Shown here: one piece after another, positions 11,991 to 25,110 of the stretch
How the letters are laid out: each line of letters starts with the position of its first letter
How positions within the stretch are numbered: position 1 is the stretch's first letter
NCBI GenBank assembly: GCA_030704615.1
Contig: CM060734.1
Coordinates: 63,674,001-63,738,000 of the forward strand
Origin: Takakia lepidozioides
Taxonomy: Eukaryota; Plantae; Bryophyta
Reading direction: 5' to 3'
DNA: 64,000 nt
The notes under the pieces: model-generated
What the model saw: the letters and a program-made list of their open reading frames with translations, nothing else
The model's database searches: none
Told to the model about the DNA's origin: nothing
Program-made: the position numbers and the translations under genes

Positions 11991-12160
11991 GGAGCGGAAG
12001 ACGAAATATCATGAGCACGGCTCTCAAAACTACAATTTCTACTTCAAACAATGAATATTATATCGGTTTTTCTGACACATTCCATTAAAATAATGTTTTT
12101 TATTTCCAGAATTTGTACTTTTGCTCATGAAAACCGATTGTCTTACTACTCTGCTCATGC

Positions 12161-12222
12161 CGGGGTGTGTACTTTGCATGAGCGGTGAGCATGAGCATGA
12201 GCACATATAAGCATGAGCAGAG
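12161..12222 (+). repeat. Left terminal repeat of a second, related TIR element
   Basis: CGGGGTGTGTACTTTGCATGAGC..(CATGAG)n resembles CGGGGGCTGCTATTTCATGAGC at 2551. Downstream aggttcggca (~12348) matches ~2708. Confidence 0.5.
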
Positions 12223-12667
12223 AATTTTAGGGAATATTCCTGGAATTTAGCCCTTCCCGACCTAATTTTGACTGTTTTTCATGTCAAAAAGTGCGAGGTG
12301 CTGCATCATAATGTGGCCTAGAAGTTTGCCCTCGGTTCGGAAAAAGCAGGTTCGGCAGTTGCCGAACCTGCATAGTGGGCAACGATTACAAGCATAAGAG
12401 GAGAATAAGGCCGCGGGAATAGGGCCGCAGGAATTGGACCGCGAGAATAGGACCGTTTGTAATAAAAATAAAAATAAAAAAATAAAAATTTGAACACAAG
12501 TAAGATCCGAATGACAGTGATTCCTGGTGTTTTGGGCCGGCTAGGTTATGTCATTCACGGCGCCGATTATGCGCTGGTTGGTTCAGGAAAGTCTGCAACG
12601 ATTACAGACACAGTGTTGGCAACTCAAAATCAAGTTTGTTGTTAGTCATTTTGTCTGTTTAGCTAAG

Positions 12668-13258
12668 ATGGACGCTGCCAATGTGGATGCAGGCGGCAGC
12701 AGCTGTGCTATGGAGGGCGACGGGGAAAACAGGCCTGCTGCCAATGTGGATGCAAGCAGCAGTAGCCGTGCTATGGAGGGCGACGGGGAGGACAGGCCTG
12801 TTTCCGAATCGTGGTGGACTCATTATCTCAACAATATCGCCGAGTGTGTTGCTAGGCAGGAATATGAGGCTTTGTTGCTTATGCAGTCACAAAATGATAA
12901 CGCTCCAGCTGAAGAGGAATTCAACACTTATTTAGAGGAGTCGGACGCTGATGAAAACATGGGGATGGAGGATGAGGAAGGAGGTGACGATGAGGAGATG
13001 AAGGTTAATGAAGAAGAGGATTTGCACTGGATTGGGATTTCCATTGACATCGTTGAAGAGTCGGCTCCGGAGTCTATTGTGCCGGTGGAAACAAGGGCAT
13101 TGGAACCATGCACAATTTTCCTAGAGACACCAGTAGCTGGAGAGTCTGTATGCATACTGAGTGAGTGCTCCATTTATTCCACACTCCATACTTTGACACA
13201 TGGGTGCAACTCAATGGGTCATGCCCTCTCTACCGGCGTCGGATCTGAGACCACATAG
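12668..13258 (+). pseudogene. Acidic protein with degenerate C-terminal RING-H2 finger (possible captured cargo)
   Basis: EPCTIFLE...ILSECS then, after a frameshift, HLFHTPYFDTWVQLNGSCPLYR. RING-H2 spacing, with several Cys lost. Confidence 0.55.
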
Positions 13259-13599
13259 ATAGGCCAGACAGAGAAGCTCAGTATCCATGATGACGTAGAT
13301 CAGTGGCCTATGGAGACAATGTATTTGATTTTTTTTTTTTTTAAACATACCTAGTTCTATTACGAGTTGTGGACTAGCGGACGATTAATGATACTACCAG
13401 AAATGCAAGTTTGTCGCTGCAATTCTAGACTCAGAACCAACTAGATACCTGATAGTGGACACAATATTAATCTTAGATTTACTGAAATAAGCAAATTATA
13501 AGTCGGCGCCGACCAATGTTGGTGTGGTATGGTTATCAGACTTATATCCGATTATGAACACAAAAAATCAATTTGGGTTAAAGTTTATCAAAAGCAAAA

Positions 13600-13836
13600 A
13601 ACAAAACAACACTTGGCTCTTGGAGCTAGAGCAGTACTTCCAGGCGGCCAAGTTGAGTGACGAGGATTGGGTGGAAGTGGCTCCCACCTATTTGAGGGGC
13701 TATGCTCAACAATGGTGGCAGAAACGCCTTCATAATCAAGGACCAAACCCGGAAATCTTTAACTTGAGTGGGTTCAAGGAACTTATGAAAAGACAGTTTG
13801 TTCCCCTCAACGCGTCCTGGCTCGCCCGAGACAAGA
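13600..13836 (+). pseudogene. Ty3/gypsy gag (Retrotrans_gag) fragment
   Basis: WLLELEQYF...YLRGYAQQWW...FKELMKRQFVP; cut at the LTR-A boundary. Confidence 0.75.
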
Positions 13837-15392
13837 TGAGGAATCTGATTGCAAAAACTTGTGTTGTACAAATTTTGTTATAAATGAAATGGTTTTCAAA
13901 TGTTGTGCTTCTTATTTTGTTTGGAATGGTGATGTATGGTATGGTTGGCTAGTACGTAGAATGCATGCTAGCTTACAAAAGTGAGAGAGGTAAATTGGAT
14001 TAATTGTGTGTTTGCATAGTGTCGAAATCAGGTGACTCCCATCTAAGGCCAAAGAAACTTGCGCCTTCTTTGAGAATTCACATGCTAGTGCGCACCTAGC
14101 GCATGTGCGTACTATGACTGCGCTACCGAAGGGGTTGTCTTGTAGTGTGAGCTAACGCGGAAGCTACGTACTTCCGTTCACATACCATAATCGTGTAACC
14201 TCAGGACGAAGTCGTAGTGCGGCTTCGGCGTGTTTCCATATCTCAGGCCAACATTCCAAGGCGGACTCAATTGTAGTGATTGGGGCGCGCGGTTGGTTCA
14301 AGGTTATCTTCTTACTCAAAAAAAAGGTTCAAGGTGATGCCAAAAGCGGCATCATGAGCGGTCGCAAGCAATGTTGTTGCAGTAAGACGATTCGATCCTC
14401 AGGGAGGATCGTTCCTTGGCCTTGAAGTGGGCCAAGAAGAGTGCACTGGGTAGAGTTTGAGAGGCTCTACCCTTGGCCGGGACTTGGAGGAAGTCGGCCG
14501 AACTAGCTAATGGAGAGTAGAGTCAAGTGGGGGTTTGGTTCTCTGCCATAGGACGCCATGGTACGGAACAAACTCCTTGATGTGGGACGCCACAACTTGG
14601 ATGTTCATTTCTACAAAATGGATAAGTCAATGAGGATATCGACTCCCTGTTGGTAGGGGTGTGTGTCACGGCCATTTGCCTTGAGGGCAGGGGGTCGGGA
14701 CACAAGAGGGGCTGCCCCCATGGTGGGGGCAGTGACAACAATAGGAACGGGGGCCGAAGCATCCTTGAGTGCCCAAGGCACTCAAAGAGGCGGAGGCGTT
14801 CACTAGGTGGAGCCTTGCACACCGGGTTGCGGTGGGGGTGGGTCCACGAGGGGTGGTGGTAGCTTAGTGGGTCTTAGTGGGGGTGGCATAGGACTCACCA
14901 TGGGGAGGAGACCTTGTGGTGGGAGTCGTGGGGAGTCTTGGGACTCATCACGGTCCAATGGGACTGTGGTGGGTGGGCCAAGACTCAGCGCGACTCATCA
15001 CTGGGAGTCGAGGGTTTTCGTGGTGGTTCGCCATAAAATGACTGGTTGTTTGTGAAACCCCCACGGACAGTCACAAAAATATATATAGGGGAGTAGTAAC
15101 CCCGAGAACGGTGCAAGCCCGTTGGTGACCAAAAACTAGTGAGTGAGCGAGCGAGCGAGCCGGAAAGCGACCAAGGAGTGGGGAGCTATTCCGGACTGCC
15201 ATCGACCAAAGGGAATTTCCACTTGGCCCAAATTGAGAGAGGGTCTCGTGGAGGAGTAAAGGGGGACCGTTACGTCCCGGTGAGCAGCCAAAGCTCCGAG
15301 TTGGCCCGGCGGCCAGTTTGGGAGTTAGGCGCGCGCAACAAAGTGAGTAACTATGACTTGAAGATGAACTTACCGAAGTGAGGTGCACGACA
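13837..15392 (-). mobile_element. LTR (family A), about 1.55 kb
   Basis: On the minus strand it starts TGTCGTGCAC and ends GATTCCTCA. Reverse complement of 30403-31375 plus about 590 bp extra. Confidence 0.75.
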
Positions 15393-18300
15393 TCTTCTTC
15401 GTTGGCGTATAAGTCATGTACAAGGGCTTTGTCATGTATTCCTTGGTATCATTTTGACTTGTTAATATTAATTCGTCCCACGAATTCTTGTTCCAAGGTC
15501 TGTAAATCAACAGTTCCATTGTCATGTACCTTTTTTTATTTGAAATGGTCCCATCCATGGCATTTTCAATTTTCCGCCCAGTTTGATCTTCTTGATTTTC
15601 TGGTAACCATAAAGCAATGTCCCCGTCCTGGAAAGATTTTTCTTTCCCTTCGGATATTTTTTTTAGACTTCGTTGTTCTTGAATTCGTGCCATGTTATAT
15701 GCGGCGTTTGCCCCGAACTTCTTCCAAATGGAATAACTCATATTCCCTGACTCGTAGAAATTCTTCTAAACCCCATCGTTCATGAGTTCCGGTTCGTAGT
15801 GTGGGTAGCATACATGCAATGGGTAATAGTGCCTCTGCTCCATACACCAGTTGAAATGGTGTATGTTTCGTGGTCACCTTGTATGAGGTCATGAATGCCC
15901 ATAGTGTTGTGTTCATTTTGGTGTCCCAATCTGTACAATTGGCATTTACTATCTTGGTTAAGATAGTGCATAATATCTTGTTGGTAGATTCGGCTTGGCC
16001 ATTTCTTTGGGAATAGTAAGTAGTACTCTTGTGATGTACGATCATAAACTCCTCCGCATTTGATGGCATCATTTATAAAATGTGACCCTTGATCACTGAC
16101 GAATTCCAGTGGGCTACCAAATCGTGTGATGATGTTTTCATATAAGAATTTGGCTGTTGATCTGGCAGTGTTGTCTCTTAGTGCCTTGGCCTCTACCCAT
16201 TTGGTAGTATAGTTAGTGGTTATGAGGATGTATTGGTTTTGTGTGTACCTTGCTGGAGGTTTAATGGGTCCCACGAAGTCTAGCCCCAGCGTTGAAATGG
16301 TTCTGTTGGTAGTATTGGGTGCATAGTACCCTTCCCAGTTCGTTCTACTGGTCCCATCCTCTGGCAAACATCACACTGTTGACAGTGTTCATAAGTGTCT
16401 CCAAATATAGTAGGCCACCAATAACCTGCTAATAATATCTTTTTGTTGTCAGGTCCGAACTGAAGCGTCCTCCTGCAATTTCTTCGTGTAGCTCTTACAT
16501 CACTGTTTGGCTTGCTCTTTGTTCACACATCTTCTCATTATGGAGTCAATTCCTCTTTTGCACAAAATCCCCTTGATTACTGTGTACGGTTTGCTTTTCA
16601 TTGAAAGCTTTCTCCTGTCATCTTTGGTGTAGTCTTCAGGAAATTTCCTTGTGTTTAGATAGTATTTGATTGGCCATTGCCAATCATCTTGATCTTGATT
16701 CTGAATGTCTTCTGAATCTTCCTTGGTAACTGTATACGCTCCAATACTGATATTGGCCAATTCTGGATTGTTTGTTTCGTTGTTTTCCTTGTCATCTTCT
16801 TCTTCTGGATCTGGCTCATCCTCAATAATAAGTCCTTCATCAAGAGGTTCTTCTTCATCTGATGAGTCCTCTTCTTCATCAGTGTCATCCATGAGTTTAA
16901 GAGAATCTGGGAGGTCATAGTCTCCTTGAAACACTCCCAGAGCATTTATATGATCTGTCTCTTCATCTTGTGCTTCTGGTTGAACAACAAACATAAATGC
17001 ATCGGGGAGTTGATCCTCTACCCCCGTGGCTGGTTTTCCTGTAGTAATCCTTGACAGATGATCTGATGTAACATGTAATCTTCCTGGTTTATGAACAACT
17101 TCAAAATCATACTCATGAAGCAATAACCATCGAGCAACCCTGCCATTAGCTAGTGGTCGATTTGCTAAATGAACTAGAGCCTGATGATCAACAATAAACT
17201 TAAAGCGATTGCCAAGTAAATAATGCCAAAACTTTTGAACAGCATAAATCATTGCCAATGCTTCCCTTTATGTGGTGCTATAGTTCTTCTCGGCTGCTGT
17301 CAACAATCTGCTTGCATAATAGATTGGTGAATCTATTGTGCCTGTCACATTCTGAGCTAGAACTGCTCCCAAAGCAATGCCCGATGCATCACTGTGTACA
17401 TGAAATGGTAAATCCCATCTTGGATTTATCAGAATTGGTGCTGCTGAGAGTGCTCTTTTTAGTGAATCAAATGATTCCTGGCAAGCTGGAGACCATCTGT
17501 ACTCGACATCTTGCTTCAGCAGTCCATAGACTGGTGCCGCTCGATGAGCATATTTGTCCATGTACCTTCTGTAATAGCTTGTCTGTCCCAGAAATCTCTT
17601 GAGTTTCTTGGGATTTTCTGGTGGTGGTATTTTCTGGATAACCTCCACTTTATTTGGATCCACCAGAATTCCCTGTTGGCACATAATGTGTCCCAACAAT
17701 AATCCTGAATTTACACAAAATGTACATTTTTCCGGATTGAGACTTACTCCATTGTTTCTGCAGGCTTGTGAGCAAAGTTTTAACTGTGCCAAGTGTTTGG
17801 ATTTCTGTCCGAAGACATTGAAATCATCCAAAAATACCTGCATAAAATCGTTGAGATAATTCTTGAATATCTAGATACTGCTCGCTGAAACGTGGCTGGT
17901 GCGTTGCAAAGTCCAAATGGCATGACTTTGTAAGCACAGGCTCCTCATTCAGTGATGAATGCGGTCTTTTCTCGGTCTTCTTCTGCCATCTGCACCTGGT
18001 TGTACCCACTGAACCCATCCATGAATGTGTACATCTCATGTCCTGCCACTGTATCCAACACTATTTCGGCGAAAGGTAGTGGAAATGGGTCTTTCTTGGT
18101 TCCTACGTTTAACTTGCGGTAGTCCACACATACTCGTAATTTTCCATTTTCTTGGGTACTATCACAATGGGCGATAACCATTGTGGTGTCTCTATTGGGT
18201 ATATGAATCCTGCATCCAGTAATTTCTTGATTTCTTCCCAAACTTTAGCTGCATAGTTGGGGTTCATTCTGTAACGGTTCTGACGAATTGGTTTTGTGTC

Positions 18301-21300
18301 AATTTCCAATTCAATTCGGTGCTGACAGATGTTGGAATGTATACCCTTCAAATCTTTGTAGTTCCAGGCATATACATCCTTGTATTCAGTGAATAATGTA
18401 GTGGCTTCTTGTAGAAATGATTCTTCAAGACCTACACTTACTCGTATTATCTGTGGTTCTTCCATTGTTCCCAGATTCACTTGAATCAATTGAGTTTCTT
18501 CCGTTACTGTTCATCTTGCAATTTCTTGTCCGATGGTTGCAATCGTGGCAGGTACTTCACTGATTTTAATGTCTTATTCCTTTCTTGATAAAAACGGGCA
18601 GAGTGTTGAGGTGTGTCCATAGCTTCTTCCTCCGGATCTTCCGTTCTCGGAGTATTCGGTTTTCCTTGGGTGTTCACCATGTGACATCCTACTGTTGGGG
18701 TATGTTTGACCACTAATTTCCCAATAGGTTCCAACTGTGGATGTGCTGCATATACTGTGGCTTCCTCTTCATCTGACAGTCCACTGGCCCAATCATTCTC
18801 TTCCACTATACAAGGTCGTTTATCTCGTGGAATGGTACCTCGTTGCTTCGTAGTGATAGTGACTTGTTCTGATCCCTTTTTGATCGTGAGAGTCTGACTT
18901 CCCCAATCGTGGTGTGATTGGGCTTGTGTTAACCATGGTCGGCCAAATAGTAGCGAATATCTTTCTGCCACATCCTTAATTCTGAGAATGGTTACTGATA
19001 CTTCGTATACCAGTCCTGCTACTTCCATTGCAAGTCGTCTAATGATACCCAATGGCTGCATTTTTTTCGTTGATCGGCCATTCGTATCATGAATGGAGCA
19101 AGTTCCATGTGCCCCAATCCTAGTGACTTCTTCGTCTTCTCTGTCATGATATTCACTCCGGATCCTCCATCGATGAGTACATCCGTTACCAGATTCCGTC
19201 CAATACGTACTTGTATTACGGGTATTGCTTCGTCGTAGTCTGGAATTTGTTGTATAGTTGTGGGTTTAATCGTGTAAACCTCTGGTGTTGGTTTTTGTTT
19301 TGGGTGGGGGTCAATGCCTCGATTGCCCGAAATAAAGTTTTCTTGCAATGTGGAGCAATTTTTAATAATTGTCCAATGGTAATTTGGGTCTTGGTCTGGC
19401 AGATTACTTCAGCCAATTTTGTTTCCGTGGTTGCGTTCGTGGTCTTCATCGTTGGTCTGATTTGATCATCTGGAGTTGGCTCTCCATAAGGTATATGGGT
19501 TCCCTCTTGCATTTGGGCTATGGCTTTACTTACCTCCTGGTGTAAGCTCTTTTCTTCCTGCCATGCTGCACTTTCTGGATATTGTTTCCGTTCTTCTTCA
19601 ATCTCCTTATTTGGAGGTTTCTGTTTCTTGGCCTGAGTTCGGGTTACCACAAAGGTATCCACTACAGGAGTTACCACACTCACGGCTACACTCGGTCCGG
19701 CTTCCATATTTCCCACTTCTGCCTCATGCTTGATTCGTAACTGACATTCATGTTTCCAGTGTCTCTCTTTCTTGCAGTAGTGGCATCTTGTGATTTCTTT
19801 GTTTTTGGGTTGATGTTCTCTATCCCGTGGTGGATAGTCATCTCGTGGCCTCTGATAACAATTACCCATATTGTATCGTCTCGGTCCATCCGATCCTCCC
19901 CGTCGGATTTGGACTTGGTGTACCCCCATCTCTCGTGTGTACCCACTCTTCTTGGCCCTTTGATTGTAAATACAATGGCTGGTATTATGATTGTAAATAT
20001 GACAAATATCACAGTATTTGTCTTTCATGTGATATTCTGTTGCCAAGTGTCTTGCAGTCCCGCATTTGTGACACCATGTTGTCTTTCGTGGTCCTTTATC
20101 TTTAAAATTCTTGATAGCCTCTGCTATCTTCTGATCCAAAGTGGTTTTGTCAATCACTTCTTTCTTCTTTGCTTGGATCCTTGGAATCTTTACTTCTGCT
20201 CTGATGAAATCCCAATTCCAATTTCTTTGCAGTTCCTACTGCTTCAGCCAAAGTGTTGTTAGGCATAACTGTAACCATGGTTACATATTCAGAACGAAGT
20301 CCGTTGATGAACCATGATTTTTGCAAGTCACCCCGTGGTGCTTGAGGTAGCTTCCTGATCAGAGTCTTCATTCTCTCCAGGTAGTCGCCTACCAATTCTT
20401 TCTTTTTCTGTCTCAAGTTCTGTAATCCTGTGAAGATTTCAGACGTGGATTTGTTGGATCTATATCGTTCTTGAAACACGGCTCTCATATCTGCCCAATT
20501 TGCAAAGTGATTGGCTGGAAAGGTTGCCAACCATTCAATGCATTTTTTGGCCATTGAACAAGGAAATAATCGGATCTTTTCCTGGTCTGTTGCTCATTGT
20601 AAATGGTGCACATGTTCTCGAATTGATTAAGATGGATATCCAGATCAGATTTCCCATCATATAAAGGAAACGGTGGTCTGGTTTTGCTTGCTGCTAGAGC
20701 CATTGGTGCTGCTGGTGCATCTGGTTGTCCAAACTGGGATGGTCCCGCCGCTGCTGGTTGTGGTGGTGTTGGGATTGTCAAGGCTAGTGGTGTTGTTGGT
20801 GTTTGTCTTCCAAACAATGATTCAAAGTCTCAAGAATTTCTCCTGCCAGCTGCCTCCACCCTGCGCCATGTTGTCCAGGCTGACTGATGAAGGCCTCGGG
20901 AGAGCCATCGATGAAGTCAAACCCCGAAACCCTAAATCGCCCCACAGCCGTAGAATCAACCAGAAAGCAAGTAGAGATGCCAAATTCTTGAAGGAAAGTG
21001 ACAAGTGAAGAAACAATGTTCCATGGTTTCTGTCATGCCACAGTTGCACACCATGCATGTGGGATCCCGATCCTGCAAACTGACAGCCATAGGAAAGATT
21101 CGATTGGCGATTTTCTAGAGGTACGCGCTAATTTTTGCGAAGCGGTGTTTGGCCCAGATATCTTTCCAAACTCCTTTCTAGGCTGGGATTTGCAGGTTGA
21201 GATTCCATTTTTTTGTTTCACTTGGCTGTGAAGTTGGCATTTCCCAGCTGCATTCTGTAGCCCATCCTCACTGTATATCGTAGGAGCGGCGTTTTTTTGG

Positions 21301-21450
21301 CATCCATCCAGGTCTACTCTCCTGGATCAAACTACAGCCTGGTGTCAACCATTAATGCACCCATTAACAGTTGCATACTTAATTTAAGGTTCGTGTTAGA
21401 CAGAGCCAGGTCAGGTCCTGAAGGCGCCGCCTAGCTCCAAAGGTGCTGCT
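15393..21450 (-). mobile_element. Non-chromoviral Ty3/gypsy retrotransposon internal region, frameshifted gag-pol
   Basis: gag 20817-19216 with CHYCKKERHWKHEC knuckle; protease VLIDGGSGVN (~19170); RT VCVDYRKLN/MDGFSGYNQ/VFLDD; RNase H HSDASG; integrase [21 protein letters not shown]. Order PR-RT-RH-IN, collinear. Confidence 0.95.
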
Positions 21451-21580
21451 AGTGTGGATTTATAAATTTGTTTGCGTTTGTAATTTGTAACCAACAGTTA
21501 GTGCTAACTCCTTGACGTATTTACGAAAACAAAAGTCTAGAAATAAGTAAAGCGAATGTATAATTACTTTGGGATAAATA

Positions 21581-21637
<57 letters not shown>
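21581..21637. repeat. (AT)n microsatellite
   Basis: About 28 AT units with one interruption. Confidence 0.95.
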
Positions 21638-21640
<3 letters not shown>

Positions 21641-23669
21641 AGATAGCCTAGTGTAAATATTAGTTATTAAGCAAACAACAAATTTTAATTTCTGCCAACC
21701 AACTTAATTTGTTTTTTTAAGGATTTTATGTATATATTTACGTTTAAAAGATATGGATATTGATTTACTTAGTTTTAACTAGTCCCCATTAATTTAGGTG
21801 AGTCAAGAATATACAATCAATTAGATCATTCTAAGGAAAAGATCAGCCCAACAAACAATATTAATATAACCAAAATAAAAGAAGAGAATCAAAACCAACT
21901 ACAGGAAACAGTGTGGCTATTGGAATTTGAAACCAACCTCGAATGTGCGAGTGAAATCACTAACCGATAAGTCCGTCAAGTTATATTCAACACCAACCTT
22001 CCTATCCAAGTACTTATAAGGCTATTAGAAGGATTCTGAACAAATAAGCAAAACTAAGCGAGCTGCGGCCAACAGGAGTTGAAGCCCTCCCAACCTTAAA
22101 AATGTAAACTACCAAACTAACCATCAGACTAATCTAGGGATGTTGTTACAAAAGGTTTCTTTTAGTTATTTAAACACAGTAGTCAAATCTCACTCTTTAA
22201 CATGGCCTGGCAATTAGAATTCCCTGTTTTCAAAAATCCATAAGTCCCTACTAGGTTCTTCAATTCACTTGCTGTAAAACAAAGGCTCTAACCTAAGCTT
22301 TACTCAATAAGATATTTGAATTAGTTTGTGAATCAAGGTTCATAAAAATGGTTTAGCTCAAATCGTTCAAACATATATGTCTTTGCAGATCAGTGCCATG
22401 GATATGACCAAGTCTCAAATTCTGCTAGCATATACTGCCTACTTTAGAAATTCTTAACCCAAGCAATAATTACTAAAACTACAAACTTCTAGTGTTGTAG
22501 TAATCTTAATTTTATGACTCAAAGAAGAATCCACTTAGATATCTTACTAGCAAAAATAAATAGATCAAATCGTATCAGCCAAACATGATTCTACACCATA
22601 GACTTTTTGTTGCTCCAGTTTAAAAACCACTACTTTCAAAACTTCCTATTTTATGATCCCTGCCTTCGATTTGGCTAATCTTAGGTCCCATTGGAAGTAT
22701 TAGCCTTATTCTCTGCTATCAACAAGAACTAGCATAGAAATCTTCCAGAACATATTCTAATGCAGATCAATTTTGTATAAAAAAAAATGAGAACCCTTTC
22801 CTACATGAAAAATGACCAAGTCCCCAACATCTGCAATTGTGTGCCAGTGTAAGAAAAACTGATTTCCAAAATTAATTTCTGAGGATGCAAGGCTCTGATT
22901 TCACTAATGTCAGGTTCTATTGGGAGAATTATCCTTATTCTCTGCTATCAGAAAGAACTAGCATGGAAATAGGTCAAGAGAACCCCACTAGAGCAGATCT
23001 ACTTTGCCAACAAATGAGCAGAATCCTAAAGCCAAGGCCTTGAAAAGCAAAACAAGAACTGGACTTCCTACCAGCCCTTGTCTAGATTACCGTTACACTT
23101 GACACTCCGAGAGAGTTGATCAGATCAAGTCATCACTTCACTCAATTTCAAAGCGGAAAGAATTAGATACGATTGCAAATCTGGAACAAAATAGTTGTAA
23201 CTTTGAGTCCATCGCTCACTACTACTGATTCTCTCTCCATCTTTGTGTTCTCCAACTCTAACGGCTGCCCTCCACCGTGTTCTCTACATCGTGCTAGTCG
23301 CTCAGTGGTACTCTCTCGATTGATACTACTTGCTTCTCATTCCCCCAAGCCTTCTTTTATGCTTCTGTTGGGCCAATAGGAAAATTAGGAATTAATCATT
23401 AAATTTAATGGGAGCTTGTTGGCCTGGTAATGTCATCCCTTTTGCATCCATCCTATAAATTCATCCAGCCTGTGCTCTCTCATCCATCCCATCCATTTTC
23501 ATTCTTCCTCAAAATTTTCATCCATCTGTAACTTTCATCCATCTAGGGACATGACCAACTTAAGTTGGTACATGACCAACTTACATTGACACATGAGCCA
23601 ACCAGAAGGACTCGCATCCACACGCAAACATACAAAGACAATTGCAGACGCATCAATTTCGGTGCCGCA

Positions 23670-25110
23670 ATTACTCAACGGTCTGACTTGTATTAGCAGT
23701 GACGTCGAGGACCCTGCCTTCAACATCTGTGCACGTTTCCATGAGCGTTTGGATGAATGCAGGACTCCTGGTCATGCCATACCTCCAAGGCTTGCCCGCC
23801 AAGTTGCAAAGCATGTCCTTCTCTCCCACATGGTTGAAGAGGACATTATACCCCACTGGATCAATTGTGGAGTCAACAAGTCGGCCTGTTGGACGTAATT
23901 TGAATTTCAAATGTTCCTTCACGAAGCATAATGCCTGAAAGATAAAAGTTTGCAAACAAAGAAGGCAAAAAGTTAGAGGTCGCCGACACGTACATGAGCA
24001 AGTTCGGCGCTGAAATCGGCAGAAGAGAGGAAAAGCGCAGCATACATTGTGACCCTCGTTGAATAGACCATGCATGTTGATGCAAGTCCACATCTTCTTC
24101 AGGATGAGTGCTGCACTTCTCTCCGTCCATACTTTGACATCATGAGCAGTGACGACTCCATCAGCTGCTAGCACAACAATACAACCGTCGTCGTCCAACA
24201 TGTTGGCCGCGAACCCGAATGTGTGGCTCCAGTTTCATTCGTCGTACTTGTTCCACCACGGGGTTGAGCCCAGTCCCACTATCTCCTGCCCATCCGGGAT
24301 ATCCACAAGGAGATGGAGGCTTTCACCGCCCTGTCCCCGACTATGCTCTTCTTACCGTGGCTCATCGCCAGAAAATACCCCATCATCTTTGTGTAGCCAT
24401 GAGTGTCCTCGATTTCATTGCTAGTGGCCTTCCTCTTCTCCTTCCCCTGGTGGGCTTCCATCGCCTTCCTCAATCTCGTTTTTTCCTGCCTTATAGTCAG
24501 AGCACTTACGAAACTTTCATTAACACACTCCACAATTGTGGGTGTTTTGAGGGGTTCCCTGCTCGCAATGTGCACCGCACGGTAGGGTCTTCCAGGTGCA
24601 TCCTCGTACAGTGATCTCTTCGCAGCTGAACCCCCAGAGTGCTGGCCCTTGTGAATTTTCGGACGAGGTGTGGCCCCCTGGGTGTTCTTCTGCTGGAAAT
24701 CGTCATTGGAATCCTCGTCCTCTGGCTGAATATGTTGCTGCTTCTTCTTCTTGGGTGTGGGGCTCTTCGTCTCTTGCCCCTATTTGCGCATTATTTTCCT
24801 CTTCTCCTTGGCCAACGCGGCCGTCTTTGGCCGACTTTTTCAGTGCTTTATGCTTTGCGGCTTCCTCTGCTTTCAGTTTTGCTGCGTCCTCCGGTTGGGG
24901 ATCTAAATGCGCCTTGATAGCCCGGGCATTCGCTTCCTTCCTCAAGTTTACCTCGAACATGTCAACGGTCCCACTTGGGAGATCCACATACCAGGGACTG
25001 TCCACCAAATGCTCGGCATGCCACCCCTTCGCTATGACTTCTGTGTACATCATACCATGTCCTCCAGGTGTCCTCCACGCCAGGAAGAATGATGGATGGC
25101 TTTGGATGGA
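23670..25110 (-). pseudogene. Second, collinear copy of the amino-methyltransferase-like gene (3'-truncated)
   Basis: In order on the minus strand: GWHAEHLVDSPWYVDL; IVECVNESF; LLVDIPDG (24303-24289); MLDDDGCIVVL; intron; ALCFVKE...RSPAFIQTLMETCTDVEGRVLDV. Each block matches the 6166-8650 copy. Stops and frameshifts are present. Confidence 0.75.

Larger units (their letters stand above)
2553..12160. mobile_element. Mutator-like (MULE) DNA transposon with cargo genes, decayed and internally rearranged
   Basis: The G-rich left end carries CATGAGC repeats, and 2582-2640 is imperfectly mirrored at 12104-12160 (catgagcagagtcgtaag / cttactactctgctcatg). MULE transposase and SWIM motifs lie inside. 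No TSD recognised. Confidence 0.7.

Noticed and set aside
14523-15388. Proline/glycine-rich ORFs (also 30586-31380, 36245-36929)
   Set aside because: They lie in LTR-A copies and have no recognisable domain.
21424-21442. Primer-binding site TGGAGCTAGGCGG (minus)
   Set aside because: The position is plausible, but I cannot match it to a tRNA or define the adjoining LTR.
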